Virus record (IMG/VR): IMGVR_UViG_3300030376_004208
Span: 1 to 41,325 of that record
Direction: 5' to 3' (one strand)
Length of the DNA stretch: 41,325 nt
DNA from: a virus
Taxonomy: Duplodnaviria; Caudoviricetes
In this document: positions 1-8,112 of the stretch, piece after piece
How the letters are laid out: each line of letters begins with the position of its first letter
How positions within the stretch are numbered: the stretch's first letter is position 1
Translations under genes and position numbers: made by a program
The notes under the pieces: generated by a model
The model's input: only the letters and a program-made list of their open reading frames with translations
Database searches by the model: none
Told to the model about the DNA's origin: nothing

Positions 1-99
1 TAGTTTTTCTTTTCCAGGTAATTCAATATTTTCTAGCACCCACAAAGGATCTGTAATTATTCCCATTTGCATAAGCTGCATAATTTTATTTTCCTGGAA
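1..99. repeat. Terminal overlap (copy 1) indicating a circular assembly
   Basis: Bases 1-99 are identical to 41227-41325, and the portal reading frame continues across the junction. Confidence 0.97.
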
Positions 100-1632
100 C
101 TCTTTATTTTCAGGTAACATTGATCCAGCCTTAGCTCTTACTTCAAAGTCCATTGGCTGCATCATGGTCCCTATATACTTCTGGTCTATCATCCCAGTTT
201 CAGTTTGTAAAGAAACAGAATGTTCTTCAGTACCTAGATTCTTGATCATAGCAATCCACATGGTCCCTAGTGTTTGAATCGCTTGGTCCACTGCTCTTGA
301 TTTAAAATCAATTTTTGTAGTAGAAGCTTGGCGGTAGATCTGTGCCTGAACTCCAGAAGTAACATTAGAATCTGCCTTACCTTGAGTAGCACGATTTACA
401 CCAGATATAGTCTCAAACATATCAGACAGTATTTCATAAAAGTTAAATACATATCCAGGCATTGAAGCTGGTTGTGACATATTTACCGCTCCTGGTCCAC
501 GCTTTCGGATCACGCTGCCAGGCTTATTGCTTATCTGATCTACAACATCTGTTGTTTCATCTACTACCCACATAGGGTTAGCAGTTAAATGTATGTTATC
601 TAAGATCTGACTAGTTAAACGATCTAAGCTTAAGTTTAATGGTTTTAATCTTTTCGGTTCTGGCTTTCCCCAGAATGAATGTGCGGACCCACCATTTTTA
701 AGCATAACGAATGGGAAAGGATGAGCCACATGGGAATCCTTGTTAAAAAATGGGTATTTTGTAGGACCATCATAAAGCAGCACACCATTACAGATCGTTG
801 TTTGCCTGATCATACCAGGATACTTTGGTTTTTCTCTCTTCCCTTCTTCATCTTCAACATATTCTTTTGAATAATCTCTAGCATAACATTCTATGATCAG
901 AGCTCTCTCTTCCAGGTCTTTCATTGCTCTATTGGTATTTTCATAGTAGTTAGTCTCAGTTCCTTTAGTATCAGTAACTTGCGTAATACTATTACCACCT
1001 ATCTGGACATCATTTATTTTTAATGCTTGATATTTATCAAGCTCTGATTGTCCTTTAACATATTTACCATTAGGGTACTTATCTCTGATCTCCCAGAGCG
1101 GAGTCGGGGCTGCATACGCAACATACTCGGCATTTTCAAGCTTTGTTGCAGATGGGTTAACATAAAAAGCGAAAGGATCTACAACATCCGCATCTGGAAG
1201 ATCATCACTACCAAAATGGACTTTTAATATACCATTACCATATACTAAATAATCGAGGAGCCAGTCTGGTATTAGGTTTTGCATATCCCTAACAACCCAG
1301 AGCTCATCTATTTGTTTTTGTAATATTTGTGCAGCACTAACTGTTACCTCATCTTGATTGACTGGCATTATGTCAATCTTAGGTGGCCTACTTGATAGGA
1401 TCGGGACCATAGTATCAATAGCACTAGCTATAAGATCTAAAGTAACCTGGTTCTTGTAATTAGGCATGTTCATGCCCCCCCAGTGATCGCCCATGTACAG
1501 CTTCTCTGCTTCTCTCCACACTTTAGCAGTGTTTTGTTTTGCTTTATGAGATATGTCAAACATATTCTCTGTACGCTTTATAATTCTTTGTTCTTCTTTA
1601 CTTGGTTGGTATTTACCCTGATCCTCAGACAT
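1..1632 (-). CDS. Portal protein, P22-like (N-terminal 544 codons; continues across the origin into 41077-41226, about 593 aa total)
   Basis: Missing from the ORF track because it wraps. ATG at 1632 gives MSEDQGKYQPSKEEQRIIKRTENMFDISHK...YMGDHW...NQVTLDLIASAIDTMVPILSSRPPKID. It is in frame with the 41077..41307 ORF and lies between terL and the scaffold gene. Confidence 0.88.
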   Translation of the reverse strand, partial: MSEDQGKYQPSKEEQRIIKRTENMFDISHKAKQNTAKVWREAEKLYMGDHWGGMNMPNYKNQVTLDLIASAIDTMVPILSSRPPKIDIMPVNQDEVTVSAAQILQKQIDELWVVRDMQNLIPDWLLDYLVYGNGILKVHFGSDDLPDADVVDPFAFYVNPSATKLENAEYVAYAAPTPLWEIRDKYPNGKYVKGQSELDKYQALKINDVQIGGNSITQVTDTKGTETNYYENTNRAMKDLEERALIIECYARDYSKEYVEDEEGKREKPKYPGMIRQTTICNGVLLYDGPTKYPFFNKDSHVAHPFPFVMLKNGGSAHSFWGKPEPKRLKPLNLSLDRLTSQILDNIHLTANPMWVVDETTDVVDQISNKPGSVIRKRGPGAVNMSQPASMPGYVFNFYEILSDMFETISGVNRATQGKADSNVTSGVQAQIYRQASTTKIDFKSRAVDQAIQTLGTMWIAMIKNLGTEEHSVSLQTETGMIDQKYIGTMMQPMDFEVRAKAGSMLPENKEFQENKIMQLMQMGIITDPLWVLENIELPGKEKL

Positions 1633-1816
1633 GTTTGCCCTCATTCATTATGTTGATTGTGTTTATAATTGATATCCAAGCTTGATGATAATCCATCAAC
1701 TCAATTGGACTTAAATTTTTTACTATTTTTTCTTCTGCTTTTATATCTTCTTTAGATAATTCAATATCTTGCTCTTCCCATAGTTTTGTTCTAAAATTAA
1801 AAACCTGAAGCTTCAA
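1625..1816 (-). CDS. Hypothetical protein (63 aa)
   Basis: Overlaps the terL stop and the portal start, consistent with translational coupling. Confidence 0.7.
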   Translation of the reverse strand: MKLQVFNFRTKLWEEQDIELSKEDIKAEEKIVKNLSPIELMDYHQAWISIINTINIMNEGKHV

Positions 1817-3186
1817 TCTCTTATCCCAACAACATCTGTTTCATCAGCTAGTAACTTATCTAATTCTTTTTGCAGCCAAGGCTGCTGCACAACTCTTTTA
1901 GGCCTACCAACATAGTGTAGAAAATATCTCATTTGGTCCGCATGGTGATCATCACCAGTTGTATCTAAATCTTCTGGTCTTTTATCATCGTGGATTAAGG
2001 TAGGTATGGATCGAATAAACTCAGTGCAATTGGAAAAAATTTTTATTCTAGGACCCTTTTCTTCATCATGATCTAAGTACTGCCGACAAAGGTTCCAGCC
2101 ATTTATTCTTTCATTGTTTGCCTTGATTACATTTATTCCATGCCTACCTAAGATGTCGGCAATACTCATATTACTTGGTGCAGCAGTATCGGATCTATTC
2201 GTGTTTTGTGGGTTACGAATCCACATGGAAGGATCACCAACTGTCATCATATATTTCTCATCTTTCGATAACTCCAAAATTCTATCTATGTGATAGTTTA
2301 ATTCTTGTCCAGCAACATAGTGCTCTCTGTATAAGTATATATTCCCATCGTGATCTACACACCACCAGCCACAAGCAAATGGGGCAGCAAAGCCATAGTC
2401 AATACTTCGGTATCTAAACCAATCATTTGGTATATCAAAAGGCTCAACAACATGTACATCATATCTCCATTTCTGAAAAAACTGACCAGCGAATATTTCC
2501 CAGTCTCCATCCAGCCATGCTCTCCTTAATTCATCAGGCAAAGCTTTCAAGCTGTCAATATACTCTGGATCTTCTTTCATCAAAGTTGGATTATCTGTTA
2601 CCTTACTTGGAATAAAAATGCGTGACTTTTTGCTTTTTTTATCAAAGTAGGTTTTATTTCGTGCTACCTCAACAAACCTAGACTTAACCCAACCATGTCC
2701 AGGGCCCCCTGGGTTTGTCGTTCCTAAAACTTGTGATGTGAGTCCAGGTATTGTACTCCTGGCTGATGATATCAACCTTAAATAGTCTAATTCATTTGGG
2801 ATCAGTGTGAGCTCTTCAATAGCTATCTTTTGATATTCTTGCCCCAGGTACTTGGTCCAGGCATCCTCGTTTGACAAGTGGCCAGTCCAGATCTTCGCTC
2901 CTGATGGGAATTCAAACTGAGCTGGGTTACCAGTGACTTTCACCCCCATGTATCTGTACATGAATTTGGCTCGGTCAATCCAATCTTTTAGATCATCATA
3001 ATTTCGTCTGATTACTAGACCTCTGTATCTAGGATTAGCTACATATTTAGGCTCTACCATCCAGACAGTCATAGCCTCGGTTTTACCGCCACCCCTGGAC
3101 CCACCAAAAAGGATCTCTGACTCCATTCTTTGTAGGACCTCAGTCTGTGGTCCCTCATGGGGTTTCCAGATTATACGCTCTTCCAT
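1813..3186 (-). CDS. terL: Terminase large subunit
   Basis: Walker A GGSRGGGKT, Walker B IAIEEL, TTNPGG coupling motif, RNase H-like SIDYG and DDHHADQMRY. Confidence 0.96.
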   Translation of the reverse strand: MEERIIWKPHEGPQTEVLQRMESEILFGGSRGGGKTEAMTVWMVEPKYVANPRYRGLVIRRNYDDLKDWIDRAKFMYRYMGVKVTGNPAQFEFPSGAKIWTGHLSNEDAWTKYLGQEYQKIAIEELTLIPNELDYLRLISSARSTIPGLTSQVLGTTNPGGPGHGWVKSRFVEVARNKTYFDKKSKKSRIFIPSKVTDNPTLMKEDPEYIDSLKALPDELRRAWLDGDWEIFAGQFFQKWRYDVHVVEPFDIPNDWFRYRSIDYGFAAPFACGWWCVDHDGNIYLYREHYVAGQELNYHIDRILELSKDEKYMMTVGDPSMWIRNPQNTNRSDTAAPSNMSIADILGRHGINVIKANNERINGWNLCRQYLDHDEEKGPRIKIFSNCTEFIRSIPTLIHDDKRPEDLDTTGDDHHADQMRYFLHYVGRPKRVVQQPWLQKELDKLLADETDVVGIRD

Positions 3187-3446
3187 TATAATTCGCTGTA
3201 AATGAATACTGGAGTGTAGTCACCCATATAGGCCCCAGATATATTAAACTCGAAATACTCTGCTGCATCTGCTGTTGTCATACCATCCTTATCAACTAAG
3301 GTTCTTAAACATGCTTCGATACTGTAAACCAGTCTTTGTTTATCATCTATGCCAATTACGCAATCATCAAAACCATCAGCTTTTAAAGTATGTCCAGGCT
3401 CCCCGAAAACATCGACTAAGTCATTTAGATCATCTGCATCTATCAT
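3186..3446 (-). CDS. Conserved phage hypothetical protein
   Basis: ADGFDDCVIG...VYS...DGM...AEYFEFNISGAYMG..TPVF pattern typical of a widespread small phage protein; coupled to terL. Confidence 0.75.
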   Translation of the reverse strand: MIDADDLNDLVDVFGEPGHTLKADGFDDCVIGIDDKQRLVYSIEACLRTLVDKDGMTTADAAEYFEFNISGAYMGDYTPVFIYSEL

Positions 3447-3733
3447 TTGGTCCTCTTTTTCTTAAATCCAGTTAAAGGGTTAATAGAAAGCTCTTCGTAC
3501 CACTTCATTACTTTGGCGATCTCTTGTTCATGCTTTGATTCTAATTTTAGGACTCTCTCATGTAGCTCTGTTACATCCAGGTGAAGCTGTTCAATTTTGC
3601 TTTGAGTATTATACCAGTAATAAGTAGCCGAAGCGACAAGAGTAAGCAAGTAAAGCAAAGCCCTGATATTGATACGCACAATATAGTTATCGTCAACTCG
3701 GTCCATTTTAACCGATCTTGCATCAGCTTTCAT
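3443..3733 (-). CDS. Membrane-anchored coiled-coil protein
   Basis: One hydrophobic segment (ALLYLLTLVASATYYW) followed by a heptad-rich region. Confidence 0.65.
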   Translation of the reverse strand: MKADARSVKMDRVDDNYIVRINIRALLYLLTLVASATYYWYNTQSKIEQLHLDVTELHERVLKLESKHEQEIAKVMKWYEELSINPLTGFKKKRTK

Positions 3734-3776
3734 TGGTATATTTTATCCTTGGTTCCATAAGTCTGTTTTGGGTCCC

Positions 3777-4166
3777 CTATTTCGGAAGTGGGGGGTCTTT
3801 TTCTGGGAGGACTTTTTCTGGGGCTACTAATTTTTTTTGGGGACTTGATATCGAGGGGTCGTTTATAGAGGGAAGTGGGGTAGGGTCTATATCTTTCTTC
3901 TGAGGCAGAGCTATCACTCCTATATGACTACTCACATCTGCCTGGATCTCTTGGCTCTTCAGGTCAGGAGCTATCTTGTTAGCGATCAGCTTCCATGCAT
4001 CCTTCTGACGAGGATCATCATCATCCATAGCAGCACCAATGATCTTCTCTAATACTACTGGTATGCTCGGATGATCCCTTAAAAACTTACCAAAATGTTG
4101 TGGCTTCCTGCCTTTTGGATTACCACTAGTTCCCTTGGTCCATGCTGGATTACCTGGCTTACTCAT
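3777..4166 (-). CDS. terS: Terminase small subunit (putative)
   Basis: N-terminal W-x-KG-x-SGNPKGR motif common in small terminases; 129 aa; upstream of terL. Confidence 0.75.
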   Translation of the reverse strand: MSKPGNPAWTKGTSGNPKGRKPQHFGKFLRDHPSIPVVLEKIIGAAMDDDDPRQKDAWKLIANKIAPDLKSQEIQADVSSHIGVIALPQKKDIDPTPLPSINDPSISSPQKKLVAPEKVLPEKDPPLPK

Positions 4167-4204
4167 GTTAGTGGCAATATAGTGGCAAAATGATTAAATA
4201 ACAT
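4163..4204 (-). CDS. 13-aa leader ORF MLFNHFATILPLT coupled to terS
   Basis: SD GAGGAG 5 nt before the ATG at 4204; its TGA overlaps the terS ATG (ATGA); terS has no SD of its own. Confidence 0.5.
   Translation of the reverse strand: MLFNHFATILPLT
4169..4190 (-). repeat. Integrase arm-type repeat, distal copy (TTTTGCCACTATATTGCCACTA on the minus strand)
   Basis: Exact 22-bp reverse complement of 12729-12750. Confidence 0.85.
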
Positions 4205-4369
4205 ATGTTCTCCTCGTGAAACGCTACCCTATGGTGGCAGCGATTCTCTTTTTGTTTAGTAAAATACCTGATTTTTTTCAAAATTGTTCTCTATGGCTTA
4301 TTAAACTAATATTATACATTTATAAACAAGAAACTAAATCACTATATTTATCCTCGGCAAACAAATTCA

Positions 4370-4385
4370 ATGACTATTTATTTTT
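4370..4385 (-). promoter_or_regulatory. Candidate late-promoter motif upstream of terS
   Basis: ATGACTATTTATTTTT is 15/16 identical to 41062-41077; a related copy is at 20761-20776. Confidence 0.45.
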
Positions 4386-4405
4386 ATACTTAATTAAACT
4401 ATTAT

Positions 4406-4434
4406 TTGACTCCCAAGGCTCCCATATGTATATT
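4406..4434 (+). promoter_or_regulatory. Sigma70-type promoter for the integrase
   Basis: TTGACT-17 bp-TATATT, followed by SD AAGGAG before the ATG at 4468. Confidence 0.6.
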
Positions 4435-4467
4435 ATTGTGTAAATACATAAAGAAGGAGTATAAATC

Positions 4468-5631
4468 ATGGCAGCAACGAGATTAAAAGCAGATACTTAC
4501 CACGCTTATTGGTATGATCATTTGGGAAATAAAAAAGAGAGATCCACGAAGATAAAAGTAAGTATTTATGGTAAGAGAAAAGCTGAAAAACTAGCTGAGA
4601 TAAAGGCAGCAGAGTTTGAGATAGCAGACAAATCCAAGGGCATGATCCAATTTGATTATCAGTCTGTTATTAAAGCATCTGATAAATTACCATATGAAGA
4701 TAAAGTTAAATTAGCAGTTTACTTATCTACTTACTTACCAGATGGTATTAATACACCACTTAACAATAAACTAATATCAGTTAATAAAGCTGCTATTGAG
4801 TTTAAGAATGAGGTGAAGAGAGAGAAATCTGATCACTGGATTGAGCATTTTGATCGTGATATAAATTATCTAAAAGGGTTTTTAGGTGAAGATATTAATG
4901 TTCAAGATATTACTGTTAAGATGATGAATAAGTTTATCGGTCACAGACTTGATCAGGGCAAAGCTCCTGGTACTGTACTGAGGAATTTATTATCAATAAC
5001 TCAGTTAATGGATCATTGTGTTAATGTTGGTTATATCACATTTAATCCAGTTGATAAATGTAACAAGCCATCTAACCAGGTACAGAAGAAGAACGAGTAT
5101 GTATTTATTCCTAGTGAGATCGTTACAAAGCTTATCAATAAAGATAACATTATTGATGAACACACTGAGAATGATTATATCTTTTGGACCATGTTTCGTT
5201 ACACTGGGTTATCACCAATAGACATTACTCAATTGACTAAAGATGTAATTAAAGGTGAACCAGGTCAATTACACATAGTTAGACCAAGATCTAAAACTGG
5301 TGTTGTAGCTAAGATACCAGTACATAAGAATCTAGAAAAACTATTCAATGAGTATGGCGATAAATGCTTTGGTTTACTACCAACTAAAGGTAAGCGAGAT
5401 GCTTCGACTAGGAGATTTAAGAAGCTATGTTTACAGTACAGCAATGGTGAGTTAGAGACACCAATGTATTCACTTAGACATACATTCATAACTGAGCTTA
5501 GTCTAGCTGGGTATGAGCCAGATGATATTACACTAATGACTGGACATACTACTACGAAGATGCTTTTAAAATCATATGTAAAACAAACTAACCAAGAAGC
5601 TGCACATAAAGCAGTTAATTCAATTAAATAA
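4468..5631 (+). CDS. int: Tyrosine integrase (Ser in place of Arg-I, IntDOT-like)
   Basis: N-terminal arm-binding-like beta region, SAM-like core, YTGLSPIDI, RSKT, YSLRHTF, TGH, catalytic Tyr in LKSY. Confidence 0.93.
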   Translation: MAATRLKADTYHAYWYDHLGNKKERSTKIKVSIYGKRKAEKLAEIKAAEFEIADKSKGMIQFDYQSVIKASDKLPYEDKVKLAVYLSTYLPDGINTPLNNKLISVNKAAIEFKNEVKREKSDHWIEHFDRDINYLKGFLGEDINVQDITVKMMNKFIGHRLDQGKAPGTVLRNLLSITQLMDHCVNVGYITFNPVDKCNKPSNQVQKKNEYVFIPSEIVTKLINKDNIIDEHTENDYIFWTMFRYTGLSPIDITQLTKDVIKGEPGQLHIVRPRSKTGVVAKIPVHKNLEKLFNEYGDKCFGLLPTKGKRDASTRRFKKLCLQYSNGELETPMYSLRHTFITELSLAGYEPDDITLMTGHTTTKMLLKSYVKQTNQEAAHKAVNSIK

Positions 5632-5641
5632 GGAGGCAGCA

Positions 5642-5785
5642 GTGAACGCATTAAAAACAAAGATAGAGATCTCAAAGCAAGAAAGGAATCTGCTTAGAGT
5701 ACATTCAATGACTCAAGGCATTAGCCTACAGAAGATGATCGGAATTATATTAAGAGATTATATAAGTAGGCACATGACCAATTAG
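5642..5785 (+). CDS. Small ribbon-helix-helix-like protein (47 aa)
   Basis: SD AGGAGG, GTG start; MNALKTKIEISKQERNLLRVHSMTQGISLQKMIGIILRDYISRHMTN has an alternating beta strand, helix, G-I-S turn and second helix. Not in the ORF track. Confidence 0.7.
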   Translation: MNALKTKIEISKQERNLLRVHSMTQGISLQKMIGIILRDYISRHMTN

Positions 5786-5806
5786 CTTATTAGATCAGCA
5801 GCGAAG

Positions 5807-5830
5807 AAGGCCCTTAAATGGGCCTTTTTT
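5807..5830 (+). terminator. Rho-independent terminator of the int operon
   Basis: AAGGCCC-TTAAAT-GGGCCTT followed by a T run, at the convergence with the early operon. Confidence 0.75.
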
Positions 5831-6050
5831 GTTTAAACTTATGTTGGTAGTGAGCCCAATGTTTTCGCAACGCTACAACTAATCTATTTAACTCATCCCG
5901 ATCACAATTAATCAATAGCTTTTTCCCTACTACACAAGTCTTTACAAAATGACTATGCTTTAGGCCCATACCTTTAGGATAGTCTTGTTGTGATTTAGTA
6001 TAGACTGCGATTAGATCGCTATTATCTACCCAATTAGAATCCGATCCCAT
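5814..6050 (-). CDS. Hypothetical protein (78 aa)
   Basis: Last ORF of the leftward early operon. Confidence 0.55.
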   Translation of the reverse strand: MGSDSNWVDNSDLIAVYTKSQQDYPKGMGLKHSHFVKTCVVGKKLLINCDRDELNRLVVALRKHWAHYQHKFKQKRPI

Positions 6051-6166
6051 TTTTTCTTATTGATTGCATTTAGTCTGCTTCTTAAGACTGTAGCATCTTC
6101 TCCTTTACTTTCCTTGTCTCTGATCAGGTCCTTGTACACTTGCTTCACTAAATAATAATCAAGCAC
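6026..6166 (-). CDS. Hypothetical protein (46 aa, MLDYYLVKQVYKDLIRDKESK...)
   Basis: GAGG then GTG; fills the gap between operon neighbours. Confidence 0.5.
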   Translation of the reverse strand: MLDYYLVKQVYKDLIRDKESKGEDATVLRSRLNAINKKKWDRILIG

Positions 6167-6180
6167 ATTTCCTCTATTCT

Positions 6181-6333
6181 TCAAGAAATACCTCTTCTCT
6201 TTTTTGCATTACGAATATCTTCAAGTAATTGATCTACCTCTTTCCAATCACCTAACTTCATCGATTTACGCATATCTCTATAAGTCTTCAAAGCATTCAT
6301 AATTATCTTTAACTCTTTATGATCTATATTCAT
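6181..6333 (-). CDS. Hypothetical protein (50 aa, MNIDHKELKIIMNALKTY...)
   Basis: ATGA overlap with the stop of the upstream gene. Confidence 0.6.
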   Translation of the reverse strand: MNIDHKELKIIMNALKTYRDMRKSMKLGDWKEVDQLLEDIRNAKKRRGIS

Positions 6334-6626
6334 TTCTGTTTAAGCGTATTTAGTACATCAGTTGATATGTTATTAATTGTAGACTCTGCTAGTTTGCTGC
6401 TAAACAAATGATGATACTTCATCAAAGCATCACAGACTGCTTTCTTAACATCATCTGTAGATGCAGTAGTTACAATGATCTTATCTTGTTCTAGGCCAGA
6501 TACCACTAGCTCAATCATCTCTTCCATCCTATTTAATTTCTTAAATAAGATATCAGAAATAGGATCTACTTCTTTCAACTTAACATCCACATTGTCTGTG
6601 ACTGATATATTTGTATTTTCTTTCAT
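6330..6626 (-). CDS. Hypothetical protein (98 aa)
   Basis: ORF within the operon with an upstream GGAG. Confidence 0.6.
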   Translation of the reverse strand: MKENTNISVTDNVDVKLKEVDPISDILFKKLNRMEEMIELVVSGLEQDKIIVTTASTDDVKKAVCDALMKYHHLFSSKLAESTINNISTDVLNTLKQK

Positions 6627-7032
6627 TACTTATCTCCACTTCTATAGTTACACCTGGTTCTATTGAATAGACCTTTTGCTTTGTTACTAACCATATCAAA
6701 CAGTCATCAACAAATAACTTCCCATTCAAACTATCAAATAAAAACTTCTCTAGATTATCGATATCAGGCTTACTGCTATGTACACTAGGAGCCTGATCCT
6801 TAACCAACCCTTCATATTTGCCAGTCCTTAACCATTTTTTTGGATAAGGGAGTTCCCATGTGATCGAGATTGCAATCGGGTCTTTAATCGGTTCTTTTGG
6901 GAGTTGGTTAAGTATAAGTTTTAAAAATTCTTTTTTATCTTTGCTGCTAGGATCATACACATGTCCTGATCTAGTATGTCTATGTCTAGCCTGAGCTTTA
7001 GGGACCCACTTTACTTTGAAGATACTAGCCAA
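6580..7032 (-). CDS. rusA: RusA-family Holliday junction resolvase
   Basis: PKAQAR N-terminus and KPDIDNLEKFLFDSLNG...DDC catalytic motif. Confidence 0.92.
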   Translation of the reverse strand: MASIFKVKWVPKAQARHRHTRSGHVYDPSSKDKKEFLKLILNQLPKEPIKDPIAISITWELPYPKKWLRTGKYEGLVKDQAPSVHSSKPDIDNLEKFLFDSLNGKLFVDDCLIWLVTKQKVYSIEPGVTIEVEISNERKYKYISHRQCGC

Positions 7033-7885
7033 TATGTTCCCTCATGTAAGGTAGTTCGTAAGGATGACATAGTGAATGCTCATTACAGTGAGTACATTTA
7101 ATCTGATGCATATCTTTCTCAGACTGTACCATCTTTTCACACTGATAACAAACATAGTTATTCACTTTGGGGGTAGTAGGACTATGTGCTTTGACTTGAC
7201 CAGGCATTTCCATAGATCTACTAAGCCAGTTATTCATAAACTTTGAAAAGTCTTTCTTAGCCTTACTTGGGTTACTGATCAGCCAAGCCTTAGCCTTAGC
7301 TGACTGTGCTTGTATATCTACATTAGGATAAGCTTCTTTCCATGTACTGATCAGTGTATCATCAATACTCATAAAGTAGCTATGAACTCTATCTGCATAA
7401 GGTTTTACCTTTGCAGACTTATTATTACTTTTAATTTCTTTAATTACTTCTAAGTTATTGTTATGGTCCGTCCTTGGTCCGTTCTTGGTCCGTCCTTGGG
7501 TCGTTCTTGGTCCGTTCTTGAGTACCATATCTCTGTAAGTCTCGTACTGACAGATATATACATGGGTCGTTTTTGTCCCGCTTTTGAGTCGTATCATGTC
7601 CGCCTTCTGTAACACTTCGAGAAACCTCTTTACCTTATTTTTGGACCATCCCCACTTCTCACCCATCTGTCTTTGAGTGCGAATAAACTCTCCTTTTTTG
7701 ATCTGTACGAAGCCTTCTATAGCTGGTGCTTCACGATCTCGATGGGATGCCCATAGCAGCATATCTACCCATGCCTGGCCTTTGGCTACTGGCTTATCTT
7801 CCCAGATCCAATGATCTTGTAGGGACCTCATTAAATAGATATATCCTTTACCTAGATCAGGCATTTGGTATATCTGGTCCTTCAT
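7025..7885 (-). CDS. Phage replication initiator / replisome organizer with C-terminal Zn ribbon
   Basis: GYIYLMRSLQDHWIW...AWVDML...KGEFIRTQRQMGEKWGWSKNKVKRFL wHTH N-terminus; internal iterons; CYQC...CTHC. Confidence 0.85.
   Translation of the reverse strand: MKDQIYQMPDLGKGYIYLMRSLQDHWIWEDKPVAKGQAWVDMLLWASHRDREAPAIEGFVQIKKGEFIRTQRQMGEKWGWSKNKVKRFLEVLQKADMIRLKSGTKTTHVYICQYETYRDMVLKNGPRTTQGRTKNGPRTDHNNNLEVIKEIKSNNKSAKVKPYADRVHSYFMSIDDTLISTWKEAYPNVDIQAQSAKAKAWLISNPSKAKKDFSKFMNNWLSRSMEMPGQVKAHSPTTPKVNNYVCYQCEKMVQSEKDMHQIKCTHCNEHSLCHPYELPYMREHIG
7464..7518. repeat. Replication-origin iterons (5 x 11 bp, consensus TGGTCCGTYCT)
   Basis: tggtccgtcct/tggtccgttct/tggtccgtcct/tgggtcgttct/tggtccgttct inside the initiator gene, next to an AT-rich tract (about 7420-7462), as in lambda ori. 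Confidence 0.8.
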
Positions 7886-8102
7886 CGTGTAGATACTCCA
7901 TTATGATTTCATCAGGTATTTCTATATCCCTAACTTCCCAGGATTGGCTTATATCTCTGTGTAATATTTCAGGTGTCCAGTGTTCTTTATCAAATATTGA
8001 ATTAGCTATTTCAATGATTGTTTTAATTGCTTCTTCACCCCTTCTTTCTTCAATTCCACTAAGCCAATCTTCTACCATTTCTTTAGTTACCTTCTTATGC
8101 AT
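7857..8102 (-). CDS. Hypothetical protein (81 aa)
   Basis: ORF in the early operon with a G-rich SD. Confidence 0.65.
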   Translation of the reverse strand: MHKKVTKEMVEDWLSGIEERRGEEAIKTIIEIANSIFDKEHWTPEILHRDISQSWEVRDIEIPDEIIMEYLHDEGPDIPNA

Positions 8103-8112
8103 AAATCCCCCT

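Noticed and set aside
4216-4443. 75-aa plus-strand ORF upstream of int
   Set aside because: AT-rich low-information sequence covering the divergent promoter region, with no SD.
7464-7518. CRISPR-like array
   Set aside because: Contiguous 11-bp units with no spacers, inside the initiator gene; these are iterons.
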